64,000 nucleotides of DNA from Ptychomitrium polyphyllum (lineage: Eukaryota): the NCBI GenBank assembly GCA_973851085.1, contig OZ316775.1, positions 20,956,001 to 21,020,000 of the forward strand. Direction: 5' to 3'. Positions 57,201-64,000 of this stretch are shown here, one piece after another; positions within the stretch are counted from its first letter, which is position 1, and every line of letters starts with the position of its first letter. Position numbers and translations under genes: made by a program. The notes under the pieces are model-generated. The model made no database searches and was not told the DNA's origin. It saw only the letters and a program-made list of their open reading frames with translations.

Positions 57201-60200
57201 GTTTGCAGGAGACATACGGCAGCCCAAGTGGGGTCATTTGAAGGACTTGCATGCTGCCTTAAAGTTATGTGAGCCAGCACTGGCGGCGGTTGACACAATT
57301 CCCCCTCAGATATCTCTTGGCCCTTCTCAGGAGGTAATTTTACTTCTTTAGCTAAGATATCTGCTAGAGGAAACGTTTACTTATGGATAACGATTGTTAT
57401 TTATTCTTCATATACTTTGTTAACAGTACGGTACATGAGGCTCCCATAAGTACGAGCTTGATTGAAATTTGCAACCTACATAATATCGCGATATTATCTC
57501 GAGTTGTCTTCATAAATTAATAGCCTCTATAAATTAATTAATGGAAATCGTGCCTCGTTCAATGTATTCAAATTGCCGAACACAACAATACTTCTTTAGT
57601 GTTTTTTACTTGTGATTAGTTTGAACAGTATGTTTGAACATGATTCTTGAGTAATAGTAGTCACAGTAACATTTACTGATATGTGGATCTGAGGGCAGGC
57701 TCATGTATACCGGACCCCCTCAGATACTTGTGCGGCCTTCTTGGCAAACTGGGGCACAAACGACACTGTAGTGGAGTTCCAAGGCCAGTCCTACGATCTG
57801 CCCCCATGGTCTGTTAGTATCCTTCCTGACTGCAAATCAGTTGTGTACAATACTGCAAAGGTGCGTATTATGGAATTTTTCTCTGACGTTTTTAGGATAG
57901 TTTACATGTTCAAATTGTTGACTTTTGCAAAGCTGAACCATGAACATTGATTCATATTTGCATCACCTAACGGCCTCCCAGGATCAGGACATGCATCTGC
58001 TGTACTTTAACTGAATGGCACTGCTTGCACATAACAGGTCGGAGCTCAGACTGTGACAATGAGCTTGCAGAATTCTTCTCCGATTACAAATTGGGTATCA
58101 TCCCATGAGCCCCTGGGAACCTGGGGGAATCAATTTTCAACAAATGGGCTCGTGGAACAGATTGCTACGACCCAAGATACCACAGATTATTTGTGGTATT
58201 TGACAACGTAAGCATTTAAAATACACTCATCACTTAATAGTTTCAACCTTTGTTAATAAGTTCACTTAACAGACTACCTAATCGGTATTTCTTATAACAG
58301 TCCTAGACTCGTGATTGGTCTGGTATACAAAAATGTCGTCCACACATCAGGGCAGGTCTCTACAGCGAAGACGTTTTATAATTGAACTGTTGGTTGCAAT
58401 TTTCTCTTTGACATGTACTTGAGCATCACACAATCCTTGACAAAGATAAGTTCTGTATGATGTCGCTGGAGAGGGCAGTGTGCAGGCTCCAGAGAATGAT
58501 GTCCCCAATGGTTCAGCTCAAGCGACACTAGTAATGTCCTCTCTTCGTAATGTTGCCCATATATTTGTGAATGATTCCCACGCTGGTAAGTCCCTTCTCA
58601 GTATCCTGATTTGAAAAACTGAAATACTGGTGAATGCGTACTATGAACTCTTTGACTTGGATTAAGCATATACATGGTTGATGAATGCAGGCACTGTGAG
58701 TGCCAACGGTAACCAGGCGGCACAGAACATTGGATTGCGACCTGGTACGAACAGCATAACCATTCTCTCCATGACAATGGGTTTGCAGGTAAGCAGTATT
58801 GATTTGTGAAGCACTGAAGCAATCAAAGATAGACTTGTGAACGGTTACAAGCTCAACATTACAGAGCGCTTATCATTTACAAGATATCCAGAATTAGCAA
58901 CTGAATAAGCTGTACTTATTTCATTCTTGCTCAGAAAACACAGCTATCTCAAGGAACCGTATAAAAGCACTAATCCCGATCTTCAATAGGTAATGCAAAT
59001 CCTAGCAGACAGTCAGAACTGTGACATATCAGCTTCTTGCAACCAGTCCGGAATCTTCCGAACTATTCCTTGATTTTCATCTCATGTAGTTTTACACGTT
59101 ACGTAGTTTGCGAACGGAAAGAGTCCTGAGGGGAATAGCGTATTTCTTGGATGGAATGGCAGGGATATGGGGCATTTCTCGAGAAAGAGAAAGCAGGCAT
59201 TCAATATGGAGTACGAATAGAGGGCTTGCCTTCTGGTACTCTGGAGCTGGGAGGAAATAACTGGACTTATCAGGTCCTGCAACCTTTTGGTCACCTCATT
59301 GACAGTTCGGGCAATCACGGAATGCTTCTAAATCAATTGTCCAGAATTTTTCCTTCTCAATGAGCTCATGATATAGCTCATTTGACCGGGTTGGTGATTG
59401 GATTTGAACAGAAGTGGGCTATGCAATTTTTTCAGGTAGGACTACAGGGTGAGAATAAACAGCTATACAAAGTCAACGAATCATATTACTCTACGGATTG
59501 GCATGAAACTTCGGAATTTACTGATCGCAATTTCCTGTCGTGGATCAAGGTCTGACATCTCCTCTAGTCACCGTATTTTGTAACATCATTTTTGGGATCA
59601 AAGTTTTAGGACTCCAGTTGGGATCATGACTTCTACAGACAGCAGGTAAAAGAGTTACTGTCTTGCACGACTGAGGTTTTCGGGAAATAGTTAGCAAACA
59701 TCCGAATCCCACGATGCATACAGATCTATGGTCAAAGAGATTGATTTCATATCGATTTTTTAAGAACCAGAGATGCTGAACAAACGGTCATCCCCTGCAG
59801 ACAGGTTTTGATACTCCAGCAGGTAATAGCACCTTGGCTCTCGACCTAAGCAGCATGGGGAAGGGGCAGGCGTGGGTGAATGGACTCAGCCTGGGTCGAT
59901 ACTGGTCATCCTTTACTGCACAGACAGATGGATGCCAAGCCAATTGTGACTATCGTGGTTCATTCGACCAAACCAAGTGTCTCGCCAAGTGTGGCCAGCC
60001 TTCACAACAATGGTAAATGTTTCACAACACAACTTCTGTTGTGGACGCTCCTCCTATTATGTGATTTACTAGTTGCATCGGCTTGCTTCCATGTGCAGGT
60101 ACCATGTTCCACGGCAGTGGTTGCTTCCCGAACGCAACTCAATCGTGCTATTTGAAGAGCAGGGAGGAAACCCTGATGCTATCAAAATTGCTACTCGTCT

Positions 60201-60850
60201 GCCTCAGCAAATCTGTGCCCATATTTCAGAATCGCATCCTTTTCCACTCTCTGTGGCCGCTTGGACCAGAAGAGGCAGTCTAACCTCCACGCCACCAAGA
60301 GCTCCATTGTTGCTAGAATGTGGTGCTGGACAACTTATATCCCGAATAAGCTTCGCAAGCTATGGAACTCCATCTGGTGATTGCGGAGGTTTTGTAATTA
60401 GTTCTTGTCATGCGAATACTTCTTCTGATGTTTTGAGCAAGGTAAGTGTTCCAAACATTGAATTTAACATAAGTGTCCTGATTCTAGAAGGATGGTTCGT
60501 CTGGTGATTCCTTTATTAACGAACTTAATTCAATTAGCGTCAATGTACATGTTATGCGTAACACACCACTTCAAAACCCTGAATTCAAGATATATTTCGA
60601 CTCCACAGGATCTTCACCCCGTAAACGTTCACAACTAGTACTCAAATGTTTCCTAAAACTAAAAGCTTACGGTGCTATATAATTGTAACGTTACCTTCTT
60701 ATGGATGGAGTAATTAGTGTTTTTTTGTGGCTATTACAGGTTTGCGTTGGGCAGCAGAAGTGTGTTGTACCTGTAGTCAGCAGTATCTTTGGAGACGATC
60801 CTTGTCCAGGCCTCTCCAAAAGCCTGGCAGCAGCAGCTGAATGTGCTTAG
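54247..60850 (+). CDS. BGAL: Secreted GH35 beta-galactosidase with C-terminal SUEL/Gal-lectin domain; 19 exons: 54247-54414, 54771-54866, 55174-55286, 55462-55528, 55678-55770, 55920-56063, 56463-56551, 56746-56851, 56981-57065, 57209-57333, 57699-57860, 58038-58207, 58479-58585, 58691-58788, 59163-59273, 59436-59549, 59801-60012, 60099-60441, 60740-60850
   Basis: Signal peptide, [97 protein letters not shown]. Intron 5 is GC-AG. Confidence 0.95.
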
Positions 60851-62933
60851 TTTAAAAGGTGTGATGATCATCGTAGTTCAAAATGATTCAAATTTTACTC
60901 CATGTTCCACGAGACGCACTCGTAAGCTTCATCTCTTATATTAAAACTTCTTTCTGATGTTTACAAATCTTTATAATATCCGCCAATGTAGTCGTGACTC
61001 CATGTTTCAATTCTGTTTCAGTTTCACTTCAGTTATTGTTTCACTTCAATTTCTCATCAGTTGAGCAGGAGTAGCTTACCCTGTTTGTCAGCACCCTAGA
61101 TAGTCACATACTTGGGTGATCTCTAAACCGAGGGGATGCGCATTGAAAGCCGTTGCATTGCAACGGATGCCAGTTCTCGTCTCCATTACAACACCAATTC
61201 TTTTGTTTGACAGGTCTCAAACAGGTTCATTGAGCCCTGGACTGGATACTAATTTGTTTAACAAAACGATTAGAAGATGTGAGTGACTATTGGGTCTAGT
61301 AGCATTGCTTGAAACCTACGGTCAAGTGTATTGATCTTCTGAGCATTAAGGATATATCAGTTGATGGAAAGCAAATTTCTAATTTATAATAAAGATACAG
61401 GGCTTTCAATCTGTAACCTCATTTTAGAGCTTGAGTGTAAGTAAGAGCAACTGCTTGAATGATGTCAAGGGAATTCTTAAATGGGGTTCGGCACATTTAC
61501 AGCAGGCTACATACGTCAACAGACAAACTTTGAATGACGTTCTTATATCATCTGGTCATCATGATCATTGAAACAGAATTGCAGCATGAGTCATAAGTTC
61601 CAAGTGTTATTGAATCTTTGGATATAGCACGCTTCCCGAGATCTTGCAACTTTGATGTGTACGCTTACAATTGAAGATGGACAATCTATGCATCAGATTT
61701 ACCGGTATGAAAGGTGTGTACAAATATTCCATTTTGACCTTCAGATATTTCAGCTGAATGGCCATAATCCACTGAGCGACACATCGTGATAACCCTGTGA
61801 ATAATGACTCCCAACCCGTGCCACCTGCTAACCAATTAAGACCCAAAAATAAGGTACTGGATGGAAACAGGTCTTTGACTATTTCAGGTGCTCCTACTAA
61901 CAACTATGTGAGCAATGTTCCAGGTCTTAGAGCTTTAGTTTCCTGCCTACCAACCGAAACTCCTGGAATTAAACCACAACAAAGGATGAGCTACAAGTCA
62001 AACTTGTGAATCCAAATCGTGTGTGACATCACTTCCGCTTACCGTATCGCCAGCACTGGACTCGATGGCACGTGACACAATCTTACATCATCTTCTCAGA
62101 TGCACAACCAAATCATGAAGTCCTCTCTCTCAAAAAACGATGCCGCCAGCGACCTTACACTAGAGCACCCCACTTGCATCGATCAATCAGCATAACTTCA
62201 ATTCATTAACTGCACTTGGATTCCAAAAGGCTGCATGGCCCGTGCAATACGTGCTGCCAGGAAGCTGAGCTCATACTCGCACTTTCTTGTTCGCTTTCAG
62301 CTTCTTCAGATTGCGAGAGTGCAGATTTGCTTTCGGTGGTCCCAGCAGGGGACAGTAGTCCTAGGTGCTCTGCTTTACGTCACGTCGCCACATGCGCAGG
62401 GCCTCTTTATTCATGTCAATCCCTTGAAGGATTGAAATTCTTTCTCTAGTAGAGCTCTATTCGTATTTCAGAAACCGTCTATGTCCATGTCGAGTCCAAA
62501 CACATCGGACGATGCTTCCTGTAGTCTAGTTGCGTTAAAGCTGTGCTTATCTGCAGTGAGTGAGTGCACTTGTGACTCCTGAATGCCAATTCGTTTTTGA
62601 GAGGATCTGTGAATCTCTAGGTGCCCCGATTCGATTGCAGTTTGCACTTGATGCTTATCTCAGAATTGTTACAGCGCTCGCATTTGTCTGTCTAAGCTCT
62701 TGTTCTCATTCCAGATCCTTTGTAGCTGAGCACCACAATCTGGACACCTTGAATTACTCAAACGGTGTTCTATGATCTGCTGCAAGTGGTGCTGGTGAGG
62801 GCGATTGCAGACTCTTGAATGTGAGGATTAATTGCTAGTTTGCTTGATCATTGCATTCATCGGGTGTTACAGGGAGTTTGTGTAAAGAGAAGTTGTGGCG
62901 ACGAAGTGGGTGGAGCGATAGAGGGTAGGGGAG

Positions 62934-62952
62934 AGGGTTAGGGTTAGGGTTT
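62934..62952 (+). promoter_or_regulatory. Telomere-like repeat / telo-box in the PAM18 5' leader
   Basis: AGGGTTAGGGTTAGGGTTT, which includes TAGGGTTT (reverse complement of AAACCCTA). Confidence 0.65.
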
Positions 62953-62972
62953 GGGAGAGCAGGAGGGAGAGC

Positions 62973-63311
62973 ATGGCGTCGCTGTTGGTGGCGGGGTTCT
63001 CAGTTGCAGCGGTGGCGTATGCGGGGAAGTACGGGATCGAGGCTTGGCAGGCGTACAAGACGCGCCCGGCGACGGCGCGGCTGCGGAAGTTTTACGAGGG
63101 CGGGTTTCAACCCGTGATGACGCGGCGTGAAGCGGCATTGATTTTGGGGGTGCGGGAGAGCGCGGCGCAGGACAAGATTAAGGAGGCGCACCGCCGTGTC
63201 ATGCAGGCCAATCATCCGGACGCCGGGGGCAGTGATTACATCGCATCCAAGATTAACGAAGCCAAGGACCAGCTCCTCGGGCAGAAACGCGGCAGCGGGT
63301 CGGTGTTTTAG
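62973..63311 (+). CDS. PAM18: Mitochondrial import motor J-protein PAM18/TIM14, intronless CDS
   Basis: N-terminal hydrophobic anchor, FYEGGFQPVMTRREAALILGV, J-domain HPD in NHPDAGGSDYIASKINEAKD. Confidence 0.96.
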   Translation: MASLLVAGFSVAAVAYAGKYGIEAWQAYKTRPATARLRKFYEGGFQPVMTRREAALILGVRESAAQDKIKEAHRRVMQANHPDAGGSDYIASKINEAKDQLLGQKRGSGSVF

Positions 63312-64000
63312 GTGGTCGCTCGGGTCGGATCTCGGTTCTGTTCCGAATTCTTAGAGCACAAGCCTTGCTGCGGACTCCATCGAGCTTCCTTGACTCAGTA
63401 ATGTCCTCGCTCCATCTTAGCAGATTGTGCTTCCTGTTTGCGTCTCAAAGCTCCTGCAACTATTAGCATATCCGATAGTGGGACGCTATCTCTCCACTGC
63501 AACTGTCCAGTGTCCGTTGCTTGAAATTCCAGCACGATGTGCCCTACCGGAGGATTAAAAGCAGCAGAGAATCAGGAGTGAAGGACTGCACCAGGTCATG
63601 TTGGAGCTCTTCACTACCAGCGCCTAATCTTCAGCAGCAGCAGCTACGGCTGTGGCTTTGAGAGGATATTGGGGTCACGTTAGAGACCATTCGACATGAT
63701 CCTGGGAGCAGGATATCTTGGCATATGAGCATGGTGATAATCTTGCCTTCATGACCTCACGCGTATTTTCTTTGTTTCCTCGATGTACAGTTCCCAAGTT
63801 TTGTAGAGATTTTCAAGACTTCCAGACCAAGTTTGTGTTCAGTTTCTAGGGTAGTGTGATGGCGCTGTACAGCTTTCTTCCCAACAACTATAGTCACAGT
63901 GGATTTAAGGCCAGAAGGCGTTTGTTCGATGACAGAACTAGGCTTGGCATGTTGTGTTTCCATCACTTACGACATACAGTTAGGAGTTGTTTCTTTCCAC

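Noticed and set aside
63757..64000. Minus-strand 69-aa ORF as the end of a neighbouring gene
   Set aside because: All three minus frames have stops within ~40 nt of the edge, no clear acceptor and no recognisable motif.

Overview
Eukaryotic plant nuclear DNA. It is most likely a moss or other bryophyte, inferred from gene structure, LTR-retrotransposon types and AT-rich decayed TE tracts. Six protein-coding genes were reconstructed by hand from splice sites: an LBD/LOB-domain transcription factor (-), a 9-exon gene fusing a plastid transit peptide and a CBS (Bateman) pair in frame to ornithine carbamoyltransferase (-), a CNGC2/4-like cyclic nucleotide-gated channel (+), OGG1 (+), a 19-exon GH35 beta-galactosidase (+) and an intronless PAM18/TIM14 J-protein (+). 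The left end holds a young Ty3/gypsy element nested in an older one, an HSE-bearing LTR and a plastid-type tRNA-Gly fragment. Several AT-rich intergenic blocks are decayed Ty3/gypsy pol. The most notable signal is the CBS-OTC fusion (537 aa predicted), a candidate adenylate- or redox-regulated OTC, together with a possible CBS-only splice isoform and a strong-context uORF in its leader. All gene models come from sequence alone and are untested by expression data or database searches.
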